Shown here: positions 1 through 13,446 of the stretch, piece by piece
Position numbering within the stretch: position 1 is the stretch's first letter
How the letters are laid out: the number at the start of each line of letters is the position of its first letter
Notes under the pieces: generated by a model
Told to the model about the DNA's origin: nothing
The model's database searches: none
Seen by the model: the letters and a program-made list of their open reading frames with translations, nothing else
Assembly (NCBI GenBank): GCA_965285935.1
Contig: OZ260661.1
Coordinates: 24,366,001 to 24,430,000 of the forward strand
Reading direction: 5' to 3'
Length of the DNA: 64,000 nucleotides
From: Ophelia neglecta
Taxonomy: Eukaryota
Position numbers and translations under genes: made by a program

Positions 1-1637
1 TTAAGACGGGCACATTATTCAAATATCCAGGTTGGTTTCCATTTATCTATTTTCTATTCGGTAGTGTCAACGCATTTGAAACGAAGAAACAGAGATACTC
101 AATTATTGTAAACATTTGGCTTGTGTCCCAAACGGGAAATATAATATCAGGTGATTCGTGGCTGAAAGGTACAGTGAAACCTGTGTTTGTGGTCACCTGT
201 TTAATAAGGTCATCTGCCAGTTATGGTCACAAATACCCCAATCCCCATTTATGCCTATATTAAGTGACCTGCCTATTAAGGCCACCTACACTGTGTGGTC
301 AGTTTTTTCTAACTGACCTGATAAGACAGGTTTCACTGTAAATAAGACACTGCTGCTATGAGTTTCCATGTCTTCTTTAACTTGGTATATTTCGCATATA
401 ACTGATGTGTAAAATCGGTGTCCCGCAAACCTGAGCAGGCTGAAATCGCTACGATGGTCCATAATGCATGTAAAAACATATTCGTTCTAGCTGTCTCAGT
501 TACTACCATTTACTATTGCCGGATAGTCATTGGTATAGCTCCGGCAAGTGGATGGTGCGGGCGATAACAGACTGTCTGAGGATGGAGCTCAGGGCGGAGA
601 AATCACGGATTGAAGTCTCGGTAATATTTGTAGTTTTAGACAAAAAACGTTTAGACAAGCTCATTTACTATTTTAAGATACTTGCAGGCTCCACTATTGT
701 CAAAAACAGCAAAATTATAATATGTGTAAACGACGAAAACGAAAGTTGTAACGAAAGCAGCATCAGTGGAAAAAAAAAATTTTAATCTTATAACCAATCG
801 TTAACCCAAACACTTCTGATTTCTACAGGGAATAAATGGGTCAGGGAAGTGCAAACATTGATCTCATATCGTCCCACGCTAAGAGGCTATGCTGTTTTTA
901 AAATTCCGCCGTTTATGCAAAGCCGAACAATACTGTTTTCGAACGGTTGCACTAAATCCTAGAGGGGCAAAAATAATTACCGGCATACATAAAGAGACGT
1001 TGACTGCACGTGTCCGTGATTTCATTTTTTATCCTCCATGTCGTTCCATCACGTGTTAAGATTAACAAGTGTTCAAACGCAAGTGTACGATGGCCACGAA
1101 AACCAACGTCACTTCAATGTGAGATATCAATATATTTTGCAGGCTATATCCCCTGGAATGGTGAAGACGGAGATTGTTACAAGGGCTTGGGGAGAGGAGG
1201 CGTCTTAGGCACTATACAAAGCCCAGGAGGTAGACCACTCACCCAAATATTGCGGATTAATACTGTGCCCCCTGTCGGCCAAGCTGAGTTAGGTCCCTTG
1301 AATCATAATGTGTTTGGGGCACTTAACAAAGCCCAGTAGGTATAAAAATTAAATATTGCGAACTGATACGATGCCCCCTGTCGGCCAAACTGAGTAAGGT
1401 CCCGTTGAATTATAATGTACACATTTCCAGATTAGTGTCCAACTTATTTATTAACATATGGGGAAATAATGTGCATGCACAAGTACGCTGGTTTCCTTAG
1501 TCTTTATGATTACGGACGGATGTACTGGGCTATTCTAGATTCATGTTTGTGCTTGCTGTGTCAGTTATCCATTCCCGTTTTTGCCCTAAGTCTCTCAGTG
1601 CGGACAACGTGGCAGACGCCGTAGTGACTGTACTCGC
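1..1637 (+). pseudogene. DHRS11-like SDR copy 1 (3' part; begins upstream of window)
   Basis: Exons <1-30, 491-620 (HWYSSGK, YxxxK), 1143-1229, 1591-~1637. In-frame TAA at 2-4 and TAG at 1206-1208 (GAG in paralogs). Exon 6 is truncated and fused to intergenic sequence; exon 7 is absent. Confidence 0.9.
172..338. mobile_element. Tc1/mariner/pogo-type MITE in SDR intron 3
   Basis: TA|CAGTGAAACCTGT...ACAGGTTTCACTG|TA. Same insertion at 16359-16524, 27342-27513 and 42038-42203; copy 5 has the empty site near 49980. Confidence 0.85.
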
Positions 1638-1975
1638 CAATGAATCGGTCCAAAGCTATCACCTACAAATAGCGATCGTATAGCAATAATTAGGGCGTGT
1701 GTATGGCAAATCTATTTGATTGTCGCTTTTGGTCCGTTTGGCATGCCATAGGTGGTCATTTTTTGCTTTCATGTATGCGCTAAAATGTACGTCATATGAC
1801 TGAAGTCTATCGGCGAGATTGAATGAACGCGTTCATCGTGTCTGAGACAGAAGCCTGTACGACGAATTGACTGGGTGGAAGATTCCAAAAACCGGTAAGG
1901 AACCCCATAACCCACAGATTGTCTGTTTAAACATGCCGAAAATGGTAATTTAAGTGAATATGTACTTTTTACCTC

Positions 1976-2769
1976 GCCGGTGTGGCGTACAATTTTGCCG
2001 CTTTTTCCGCTTTTAGGCGTAAAAACTGATGGGCGTAAGAAAAGTTTACGCCTGGCGTAAGAAAAGTTTACGCCTGGCGTAAAAATAAATGCCGCCAGGC
2101 AATGTCTTATACCCGCGGAGAAATAGTTTACGGATTTAAGCGTAGTTTTGGTACATGCCGATTTTATATCATTTTGTCGCCGGGTCAGTGCGGATAATAT
2201 ATCGCATTGTGAAAGGCAGTGATGTTATATCGATGAAATCGATGTAACCTGTTTTCCTGTGTCGAGGCCTGGCGGCCAGATATGCATGTAACTTTTAGGC
2301 TTACGACTAGACATAGCCCACTTCATCCGGAGTCACAGCCCGTAATCAAAGTGAGCGGTACTACCATGCCCGTTGTCTGCTACAAAGCTTATGACATCCG
2401 AAGCGTATTGCCGGTATTTTCACGCCTGAACCATTCGGTGAGTTTTTCGTGTGTTATATAGGCCTACTAGTAACTGGTTTAATAAATAGGCTTCGTATTG
2501 ATTAATCGATCTAGTAAACCTTGTATTTTCGCACATATGCGACCCTAGCGGCAAGGCGTAAAAAACTAGCTATGTCAAAATTGCCGCCGTATAAAAAGAA
2601 CTATGCCAAAGTTGTCGCGCGGTAACTTGGATTCGGCGGGTGTTTTAGCATAGGCCAAACATGCCGGCGGGTGTTTTGTCATAGGCTAAACTTGCCGCCG
2701 GCTTTTTTAGCATGTGCCAAATTGTACGGCGGCAAAAAAAGAAGCGGTCGTATGGTACAGCACACCGGC
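1976..2769. mobile_element. Non-autonomous TIR element, unclassified
   Basis: GCCGGTGTG...CACACCGGC termini, subterminal repeats (GGCGTAAGAAAAGTTTACGCCT twice near 2033-2080; TTGCCGCCG-like motifs). Absent from the paralogous region near 47140. Confidence 0.65.
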
Positions 2770-3306
2770 TTATAAGTTTAATATAATTATAGCCTACCAA
2801 TATAAATATGACATGCGAAATGGACGCACCGCTATTAATCTCTAACAGCTATTCGGTGGCGTTCGCTGTCTGGCTGTTATGTTTGTACTGCAGTAACTAA
2901 AAAACCCGACGTGTCTACCCAGTAGACAAAGTCAAATCATTAGTCAACACTAGACCAGTCAATCAGTTCGAAACCACCAGAAACAACAACGGTTCATGGA
3001 AATTCCTTAGCCGTGTTTTTATCCCAGGGGACATTAAATGGACAGGTTTTAGGGTGAATTGGAAAAAAATAAAATAGCCAGCATGGTGAGTCAGTTTAGA
3101 CTTTTCATGGACGCGTTTACTCTTGAACTGTTGGATAATTTCGTAACTTTGAACATGGAGTTATCGAAACTTATTACGCTGACTAGATTTTGGGGCAGGT
3201 AAAACAAGGTGGCTGCCAAGAGCAATAAATTAATTAAAATTAATATGAGGTTTCAGTCTAAGGCCTAATGGTACGAGGTAGTCATACAAAGTATATAATA
3301 TAAATA

Positions 3307-3793
3307 TGAGACAGCTCGTGTCTCATATTTATATTATGTACGAAGCATATAAGTAGATTCTTACCTGGAGAAACGGACTTAACGAGTTTCAGGCTGGCAA
3401 ATCTTTATTGTCGGATGAGGTCTCCGATGCTCTACAGGACCGTGGTCTCTTATATACCTAGGGGAGCGACTGTGGGTTCGGGACTACGATGTATTATTGG
3501 GAGTAACTTATATAGGTAGGGAAGCGACTGTGGGCTGGGGAGTATGATGTATTTTTGGTTTGGGGCAATCTCGATCTGATTGCTTGGTAACAATAGTACG
3601 AGAAAAGCCTGGTTATCTGAACAGAGCCTAGTCGCTGATGTAATTATACTCCTAAGATATTTTAGATTTGTCGAGAAGCCTTTGGTCCGAGCAGTATTGG
3701 TACATATACGGGGGGTGTTGGAGAATACGGGGGGTCTTGGAGAATACAGGGATGTGCTGTACATCATTTATTTTGAATTTCATCTTTCTTATA
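3307..3793 (-). repeat. 3' LTR of element A
   Basis: Direct repeat of 13814-14303 with substitutions and indels; adjacent PPT; internal ~57-bp tandem repeat (GGGAGCGACTGTGGG...). Confidence 0.9.
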
Positions 3794-3810
3794 ATTCACC
3801 TCCCCTTATA

Positions 3811-3868
<58 letters not shown>
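3811..3868. repeat. (AAT)n microsatellite beside the PPT
   Basis: Perfect AAT run of about 19 units. Confidence 0.95.
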
Positions 3869-3870
<2 letters not shown>

Positions 3871-4142
3871 GCTAACACGTCAGTTCACTGGTCACAAAAT
3901 GTAAATTTTCCTGAATTGGTTGTGGGTGTATTTAAGCCTTCTTTTGTTTTTCAGTATTTTATCAAAGTCGAAAGGAAGCAACAATGTCATTATTTGTTAA
4001 TCGATAAAAATGGTCAAATAAAATAAATGTTTTAGTCCTTAAAATTTTTGGAAGATTAGCTGAATTTTGGAATAATCGTCAAATATTTGGACATTATGAT
4101 TTTTTAATGGTGTAGCTATAGGCACATATATTTTAACGAGGT

Positions 4143-5159
4143 CTAAGTTCCGGGGAATGGTCCGTTCTGAATGAAGCGACGCCACTGATGACTCCTGCAC
4201 CCCTGTCCCCGCGTTCCCAAGGCAATTTCCGCACAAGAGTTCCGAATTCCTCCCGGCATAAGATCTGCACTGGTTTCAGAGGGCGTGTACGCAGCCGGGA
4301 TAAAAGTTCGTCCTGTTGCCGATGTAACAGGCTGTGCATCGGGAGGCGTACAGCCGAAGGGGTCCGGTAGATGTTCTGGTGGTGTGATACTGTTGATGGC
4401 GAAGAATTTGTAGTGCTCTTGCACTAGCTTGCACGCCGCGCATGGTCGTAACACGTGGAAGTGTAGGCGCTCCTGGCATTCACGACACTCAGACACATTC
4501 CGATTTGCGAATTGGTAACGTTTTTGCGGTGCCAGTCTTTGGTGTTGTGGTAATCGGAGTTGACTTGGTAGGGGATGCAACGGCACTGCGTGATCCATCA
4601 GGGTTTTTCTGCACCAGAAAGTTAGAGTTTGCACTGGTGAATTCAGATCCAGGACATTGGCACAATAAGCACCAATTGCCGGGAAGTTCACCGAATGATC
4701 GTCCTCTTGTGCAGATATCCTTCTGTAGGTTGCGTCATGGTGCAGCGCTTTCAGGAGGCATTCCTGGCCCTCGTTTAGTTGTAGCAAACTGTCCCAAAGG
4801 TCTAGATTTAGAAAAACCAGAGGGCCATGGACGTTTGATATTTCTGGGTACAAATCTCTCGCGTACCTCCTGCATTACCCTGCCATGTTGTAGTAGGCGA
4901 TCCAGGAAAGAGGCACCGCAAAGTTAATTATTTTCTTGTATCCGCTGTCGAAAATGAGGTACCTTGTTTAGTTCGGTACGACCATAGATCTGTCATGACA
5001 GATATTGTGCTTTGAGCACCTCCTGGCTGGGCATCCCGAGCGGTCGGCGGGTGTTGAAGTAGATGGTCGCCAAGGGACGGAGGATGGATGTAGTCGAGGG
5101 AGTGCAGGCGTAATGGGTCGTCTTACGGAACGTCTCCCCATAACGTTAACTTGTGCCAT
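4143..5159 (-). pseudogene. Accessory ORF X of element A, ~338 codons, unknown function
   Basis: Track ORFs 4968-5192 and 4143-4853 are in the same frame and are separated only by two TAA codons. The segment is GC-richer than its flanks and lies between env and the PPT. Confidence 0.65.
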
Positions 5160-5916
5160 ATAATTTGTTAATCTTATACAATAAAATAACAAATAATGAG
5201 GTGATAGGTTTAATAATGAATACCCCGAGTAATATTACATTAAGCGTACACAAGATTATAAATGCCAGTGAAATGGAAGCGAGGTTAAGTGTGCTAATTG
5301 ACCTTATCAAATTATAGGCCTATATTCCCTTTATTTTCGCTGGATTCTGCCAAAGATATGTTATTTCGGCATCTTGGCTAGGGTTGAATCTGAAACTAGA
5401 GTAATAACTAGATTTATATAAGTTCGTCGTGTAGTATGACTTATCGTAAGTAGAATAGACACGTTTGACCTGAAGATATTTGGTCGTAAAGTGTAAAATG
5501 TTAAGATAATTTTGGTAAGTGATAAATGATTATATTACAAATAGTCATGGGGTCAAACAACTTAGTTTCTTTGGTAGGGCTTCGTGGTTATTATAATAAC
5601 ATTATGAAGCTGGCATTACATACTGAATGTTGGCTGAAGCCACGAATTAATAGTCGCCGCTTACTGAGTGTTATATATGAGTCTCAGCATTTTTGCGTTC
5701 AAGTAGGATTATGCAATTACACTTACTGAACTCCTGTTTTTATATTCATCATGGTTTACTTAGGGCTCTGTTATATTTCACTATGGTTATTTATGAAACA
5801 TCATATATTGGAAGCTAAGGCCAAAGGAACAAGTCTGGTATCCGTTTTTCTTTTTCCTTTTTTTGAGCCACGCGGTAAGTATGGCAGGCTGGAGGGTTGG
5901 ATGTAGACCGAATGAC

Positions 5917-7871
5917 CTAAATTTCAACAGAGCGTTCTGCTTCTATTGGTGTAGGGTTTGCCTTAGTTACTAGGTTATCTTGAGTAGACGCTGACATCAT
6001 GCCAGGTTTCCTCAAATTTTTGCGTAGTTCAGTGTCCCGGGATAGTATATTTTCGCGCAGTTTTTGGATTTTTTTGAAAAAAACATCAGTTCTGACGAAT
6101 AGAAGAGAAAATATGCAGCAAGCAACACAAGCTGCTATACTTAATGTCAGAGATGTATATATAAGTTTATTTGAGCCGTTGCGATCTGTCCGTTTGGTGA
6201 AAGCATCGTCCGCTCTACGGGTGAGAGCCTCGGATTCTTTCAAAACGGTCAGTAAATTTTCATTAGGGGTCAAATTGTTGTCTAGTTTAGATTTCAATTT
6301 TTTGTTAATGTTCTCTTCAAATGACTCAGGTAATCGAATCACTCTAGGCTTTTTCAGCAAAGTTTTTGGTGATATATCTTCGTGCTCTGACTCGGCAAAT
6401 ACTGTTTGTAAAAGCGCCAAATTGGTTGGATGGAGTAATGAAGTTGGGTTCATCCGAAAACAGTAGGTATGTTTGGCTGGAAAGAATTCTGTGGTCGTTA
6501 TGATCTGGAATCCACATTGAATATCCATTATGCAATATTTGCACGAAACAATCTGGCTTGGGCACTCGATTCTCGTGTTTATAGCATTGATCAAGAGGAC
6601 TTTTGAAAACACTATTTGGGTAATCTGTGGGTAGTCCATGAGATTAGTTATTGTAAAATGGCATAGTGCGTTGATTGAAGACTTGATTCCGAAATAAAGT
6701 GCTATCTTACATGACAGTTTTGACGAGCCCGTGAGAGCTTTTGTCATTTGGCAGTGCAGGGGATTGGTTTGCATACAATTTTGAAATTCGTTGCCGGACA
6801 TAAGGATGTAATATTGTTTGTCATCTGATATGCAAAGATATCCATTCATCAATTGAATTCATTGACAATATGGTGCCGAAATCGTTCGTTTCATTTCCCA
6901 TGCTTATTGGTAGGGTGTGAATTTTAAAGCACTTCATAAGTGAGTTCTTGTGCACTGTAGGGATCTTTAATGTCAAATATACGCTATAGTTGGTTCTTGT
7001 AGCTACAAAATCAGAAAATGTATAATAATGGTTGGTATTTTTATATAAGATCTCATATCCAGGGAGTGACTTTTGGATGGAAAAAGAGATATTATTAAGA
7101 GTGTATACGAGATCACTCATACTTATAATATCCGCTGACAACAAGCCATGACGTATGTCATGAAAGGCAAGTTTAATATTACTCAAGTAGGCATGTTAGC
7201 TGGTAATAATTCTTACTCTTTAGGCCATTAACGGGATAAATTGTGATATATTCTGTTGTATAACGATGTCTTCAAGCGCCAGGAACGGTCGATGCATCCT
7301 AGTAATTTCTGCTGCCACGTCGTGCAAAATATGGTCATTATTTTTCATATAGGAGGTGAAATTAGATAATCCTGCTTGGAACAACTTCTGATTATCAATA
7401 ACTACCCGCCGAATTGTGTCTATGTGACTTTATAAAAGGCCGACATCTTTGGATGTGCTCACGCCGAAAAGAAATTTAGCGAATTTTCCAAGAAAACCAA
7501 AAATAGCTTTTTTGTCTCTGGGTTTTTTGAAATCTCTAGGTGAATCTGGAATCTATTTCGAAAATAGTTTCATAAAGTCTGGTGATTTCTTTGAGTGACA
7601 ATACGTATTGCTCTTACATTTCGCCGTACCATTCGTTATCTTCACACCATTTGGTTCGTTCACGGCAAATTTTATGTGCCACCTTATCATACCCTTTCGG
7701 TGGTAGTTCAAATTTGAATGTGTGGTATCAGTCAAAAGTATTAATTGACAAAGAAGTTGCAGGTTCAAAAATCACACCATAATTATAGATTATTTGCCCT
7801 TCTGGATTTTGCATCGACGTAACCACATTGATAGAGTGGAGGGAGAGAAGCAAGATTAATATTTCAAACAT
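5917..7871 (-). pseudogene. env: F-type envelope glycoprotein of element A (disrupted)
   Basis: Signal peptide MFEILILLLSLHSINVV; basic site RDKK followed by fusion peptide AIFGFLGKFAKFLFGVST (~7460-7520); Cys-rich ectodomain; TM segment LIYTSLTLSIAACVACCIFSLLFV. Confidence 0.85.
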
Positions 7872-8298
7872 TTGGCAAAGTTCGTACCTTGTTTGAAGTA
7901 AGTATGATTCAAAGCGGCTTTACTGCTATAACTGGCACTGGTTAACGACTGTTGACAATCAGCGTGTCCTCGTTTAACGTGTATCTTCTATTGCTGTGAA
8001 AAAAGGATCCGTCATTATCATGCACATGTAATATGGATTTGGTCATTTATCTATTCAACAGTGGGAGGGTAGCGCTTTTTGATGGTAATTGTATTCCATG
8101 GATTTATTTCATTGAGGCTCCCAATGTTGATCAGATGTGTTCTCAAATTTGATTATATGCAATAATGTTTTTTTTTCTATTTGTGCCTTTCTAGTAGAAC
8201 TCTGTCCTGGATCTCTAAACATTCCATTTTTTGTTTGAATGGAATATACTAGCAGAGGTTGATTATATATTTTCAACCCTTTTTTTTCTACTTTTTTT

Positions 8299-11200
8299 CT
8301 ACTTACCTGCTACGTTTCCTTTCCAACAGACTTCATAGTATGTTTTACCTTTTTGACTTTTTATTCCTAATAGTTTATTAGGTTCATACCACTTATTCTC
8401 AGTCCTAACATTCTCAGACCCATCGGACTTATTAGTTTCGTCGACTTTTTTGTCTTTATCCGGAACAATATGGTCAGGTTTAAATCCAAATGTTCTGTCG
8501 ATTGGGTCTCTAAATATCATTAATCTATTCGCGTAAATCATGGACTTTTTTTTTATCTTATTTGATGTGCAACATCTTAGGCGATAAGTATTGTTTGGGC
8601 CAATTAGGCTTATGTAGTACGGGCCCGAGAAAACAAATGATGTTTATTTCTAAATTTTGGTAATTGAAGAATCTTAAGTTTTACCTTATCTCCTAATTGA
8701 ATTTTTCGTGGTTTGTTAAATCTTCTATCATAAAACATTTTATATTCTTTTGACTTTCTGCCACATTTTGTTCGGCTATTATACGTCCTTGTTGTATATT
8801 GTCGGTTATTTTAGTTAAATAATGTTGTATATTTGAAGGTACGTTTTCACTTTTAAACAGGGCGTTATCCAATGGTATTCTCATTTGTCGTTCGAATACC
8901 ATGAAGTATGGCGATAGGCCTGTTGATTTAGTTGCCGGAAAGTGTCTGTAATTCATTAGAATGGCTGGTAGTATGTCTACCCATCTTTTTGGATTTTCAT
9001 TGCAGAAGGCCCTAAATCCTTGAGCCATTGTAGCATTGTACCTCTCTGAGCAGGAATTAGTCTGCGGGTGGAAGGATGAGGTATAGGTTCTTTTTATGCC
9101 CATCAGTTTAGATGAATTAGCTTCTATTTTTGAAAGAAAGTTTTGTCCTCTGTCGGATACCAAAGTATTCATAGCTCCATAGCGGCATATACTTTCTCTG
9201 AATAAAATCTCAGCGATCGTTTCTGCTTTTTGATCTTTTAAAGGGAAAGCATCTGGAAAGCGGCTTAGGCTGTCTACTATTAGCAAAATATGTTTATGGC
9301 CTTTATCAGTTTCTGGAAGGTTAACGAGTATGTCGAAGTGCCATCTTGCAAATGTAGGTTCGATTTGGAGTGGTGTTAGATGACATATCGTTGGGTTTTT
9401 AGCATGTTTCACCAGTTGACATGTTTTACATTTGGTTATATAATCAAACACGTCTGTATACATTTTCTCCCAAAAATATTTTTGCTTAATTGCCGCATAA
9501 GTGTTTTCAGGGCCTACATGTCCTCCTATGGGAATGTCATGGCAGGACGTCAGGAGTTCTTGTTTAAGTTCTTTTGGTAGAACAACTTGAGTTATTATAT
9601 TGTTAAGTTTTGCCCTTTTTGTTTTCCTTGGTTCATGTAAGTGATGTAGGATATTATCTATAATACAATATCGCTCAGACTTCGCAATTATATGTTTAAT
9701 TTCTTTTTCGTCCTCTGGTTAAATTTCTTTATTCAAGCAATCGATGAACGGGATTAATTTCTCGTCTGTTCCTTTTGTTTCTTGGTAAGGTCGTCTTGAT
9801 AGGCAGTCAGCTGTCATTAAAGAACCCTTTTTGTATTTTATATCTATATCATAACTTTGCAGGAATAAGCTGTATCTTGCTAGCCTACCGAGGCAAGGTT
9901 TAAATTTGAGTTTATTCAAATATTGTAATGAGAAGTGGTCTGTGTACACTATTATTTTGTTATTGGCTATATAGGGGTGGTATTCTTTAAAGGCTTGTAT
10001 TAAACTTAGGCATTCCATTTCTGTTATGGGGTATATTTTCTCATAATATGTTAATGATCTTCCTCCATATGCAATAACATTTTCAGTTCCTTGGTCATTG
10101 ATTTGGCTTATTATATATCCTATTGATTCTCCGCTTGCGTCGCATGTAATAATGAAATTTATGTTGGTATTTGGATAGGCTAATATCGGTGGATTTATTA
10201 GGGCGTGTTTTAATATATCAAACGAATTTTGTTGTTCATCTGTCCACTCAAATGGGATATTTTTTCTCAAAAGTTTATTCAGTGGAGTAACTATGTGTGA
10301 GTAGCCTTTTATATAACGTCTTTAAAAATCGAATAACCCTAGTACAGATTTTACTTGTTTTTGATTTTTCGGAATTTGGAAATTTCTCATAGCTTCTGTT
10401 TTCTTAGGGTCGGGACGTAATCCTGTTCCAGAAAGTAAATGTCCTAGGAATTTTGTAGGCTCTGGAATACTAGATCAAGGTGTTTAATATGATTGTCAAT
10501 ATTATCAGAAAATATTAAACAATCATCTATATAATAGATTAAAAATTTGAATGAATATTTTTTCAATACTTAGTTGATTATTGATTGGAAGAAAAAAGGT
10601 GCGTCACGGACGCCAAAAGGGAGGCGGTTGAAACAGAATAAATCACCATATTGAGATGTAAAACCAGTTTTGTCTTTTGAATTTTCACGCATTTCGATTT
10701 GCCAAAAAGCGCTGTTGAGGTCAAGTAATCTGAATAGTTTAGCTTTAGAATTTGAAAGGCAGTTAATGGCGTCATCAACTATTGGCAGCAGCCACTGTAT
10801 GAATTGCGTGACCTTGTTCAGCTTTCTGTAATCGTTAGCTAAACGCATCTCGCCAGTATTCTTTTTTACCATCACGATTGGTGATTGCTAAAGTGAATCT
10901 TTTTCTACAATGATGTCATTCTCAAGCATAAGTTTGATTTGTCTATCTATTTCTTCCTGTACCTTAGGACTACATCTGTACGGGCGTGTATAGGCGGCTG
11001 GGCTGTCCCCTGTTTTAATTTCAAACTTCTGTATATTACATGATCCCAAATTATCAATAGATTTTGTAAAAATATCTGTGTTTTGACCTAAGAATACAAG
11101 TAATTTTTCTTTGTCATTTTTAGATAAATTTGAGTGGTCTATATTCATTCGCATTTCTTGTGCTTTGTTCATATAGTGGACCTTCTCCTGTTCATTGAGA

Positions 11201-11950
11201 AGTTCGTAGGGTACCGTGATTTAGTCTGGTATTTCACTTCGCTGCTTATCTTTATTGTTATGTGACTCCAGGGCTTCGTCTGGCTTATTTTCTAGTTTTG
11301 TCGTAATGACGTCATTGATATTTATAGTGCAAATATTAGCTATTGGTGTTCCCTTCTTTAAGAGTATGGGCTCTTGAGACAAATTAACAAAACTCAAGGT
11401 GGATGTGTTATTTGGTAATATCTCATTTATACATTTGCTGGCAAAAGTGTGTTTGTTTTTATGAATTGGCTCGGAAAATGCACAAGTTGCAAAATTATGA
11501 TTATAGTTATCTATCGACACTGGGGCGTACACTTCATGACCTGGTTAGATGATAACGTTGGTTGTTAATTTTGCCGTTTGTTTTATGTATTTACGTTGTG
11601 AGCATAGACTTTTGGAAATTAAGCGGTCATAGAATAGAACTTGAGAGTTTGCCAAGTCTATATGAGCTGTTAGTTTTAGAAAGTCTAAACCTAGCAAGAT
11701 AGGAGTATTCAATTTCTCAAAGACGTAAAAATCAAATGGCACTATTAAGCCGCCTAAGTTAACAGTTCATATTTCCCTATGGTAGAAATAGGATCTTTCG
11801 CGAATCCTTTGGCAAGTTTAATATCTGATGGATTGAGGGAGATATTATTTCCTACTATCTGAGTTAATTTGTCATATGAAATTTATAGTTATGTGTGATC
11901 CAGTGTCGATCATGATTTTCGTTGGTAGTCCGTTTATTTTAAGGAATATA
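8299..11950 (-). pseudogene. pol: pol of element A (PR, RT, RNase H, integrase, chromodomain-like tail), fragmented
   Basis: MIDTGSH (~11900); DYRKLN and YIDD (~10530); TCDASG and YTDH; WHFD, SDRGQNF and SERYN; C-terminal WYEPNKLLGIKSQKGKTYYEVCWKG. Confidence 0.93.
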
Positions 11951-12089
11951 TAATTGCTAGTTATATCTGCTCGTAGTGTATCTTCATTATGATCAATGGT
12001 ATTAATGCCAGACTTATTTTGTTTAGAAGCACCAGTGTCACGCCTGTCCTAGTTGGTGATATTTGCTTCTGACCTTTTTCTCGACCTTC

Positions 12090-13364
12090 TACACATTGAG
12101 GCGAATGGTTTTTTAGGGAGCAAAGGATGCAGGTCTTCCCAATAGCAGGGCACCTATCTGTCTATTATAACTGTGTATATTATATCTGTCGTTCACTATT
12201 ATGTGTTCTATTTTGCTGGTGGTTATTTTCGTATCTCGGAGCTGGTCTATCTCCGGAGTAATTGCGTTAGTTATAATTTCTATTTGGTGACCTACTCGGG
12301 GCATTTGATGGGTAAGGGCTTGGAGGTCGGTTAAGGCTCAGTATTTGATTTTGAATGGCTGTACTTTTTGATTGATCTTGGAAAGCGACTCTTTTATGGG
12401 GTGATCTAGATCTATCCCTTATATTAAGGCTAGCTACCACTGAACTGAGTTTATTTAATTCTTCTCCAAACTTTTCTATAACTAAAACCATGCCTGAATC
12501 TCCTTTTTCTACGGATTAAGCATTTTCTGCGATTTTTGTAGCTTTTTGAATCTGTTCTAAGGCATCGTGTTCATTTTGAGTAACGTATGAACGGATCTGA
12601 GGGTGTAAACCTTTAAGAATTAAGTTTTTTTATTTCATTGGCTTCAAATAGGTTGGCTCTGAATTTGATTTTATCTATAAAATCTAATGAGGATTGCCCT
12701 GGCTTTTGTTTTATTTGCCATAATTCTGATATATTATGTATTTTGTCAACCTCACTAATTTTGTATCTATCTACTAAGGCAGCTTTAGTATGCTCGTTGG
12801 TATCTTTACTTCCTGCGGGCAATTCGTCAAAAAATCTAGCTGCTCTTAGGTATTCGGGTAATTCGTTTGCATCTTTGCCTGTAAACGGTGCTAGTTTACC
12901 TAAAAGGCCTAAAGAATTTTTATTTTCCATATCGATAAAGTTTAGGTGTAGCACTAGTGAACTTTCTGAACTATGTGAAAGGTCCGAATCCGATTCTACT
13001 TCGGAATTATGAGATGAACTACTAAATTTTCAGCACTGTCTACTTTAAACTCAGCGATTGTTTGAAGCGATTTTGTTGATGATAAAAATTTGTCAATAGG
13101 CGAATCGGGAATTTTAGGGTTGGGTACTAGACCTTCTGGTAAAATTTTATCATCTAGGCCTAATTCTAGAGTGCGCGTGGGAGAAGATACTTTATTCCAA
13201 TCTGATATATCAGAATTATCTTCGCTAATGCTAGCTTGGGTAATTTTCGAAGTCTTTTTCTTTCTGGGTGTATATCTAGATTCTTTGTAGAAGCCTGGTG
13301 TTAGTCGACTAGGTAATGAACGTAGGCTATAGGGGGATTTCTGTTCTTTTTGATCTGACGACAT
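12090..13364 (-). pseudogene. gag: gag of element A, fragmented
   Basis: Starts just after the PBS. LAPFTG and IKQKPGQS capsid-like motifs, RS-rich stretch, decayed knuckle CILCSLKNH near 12110-12140. Confidence 0.75.
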
Positions 13365-13446
13365 TTAATGCAAGTATTATTATAAAATCAAGTGAGAAGT
13401 TGGTACTTACTTGGGATCCATGAAAGATTGCATCTCGCACCATTTA

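Noticed and set aside
3580-4026. 148-aa ORF with poly-Asn
   Set aside because: Chance frame across the LTR and the (AAT)n microsatellite.
5999-6466. 155-aa + strand ORF (also 12638-13012, 4442-4927 and 36021-36365)
   Set aside because: Antisense shadows of env, gag or ORF X with no recognisable motifs.
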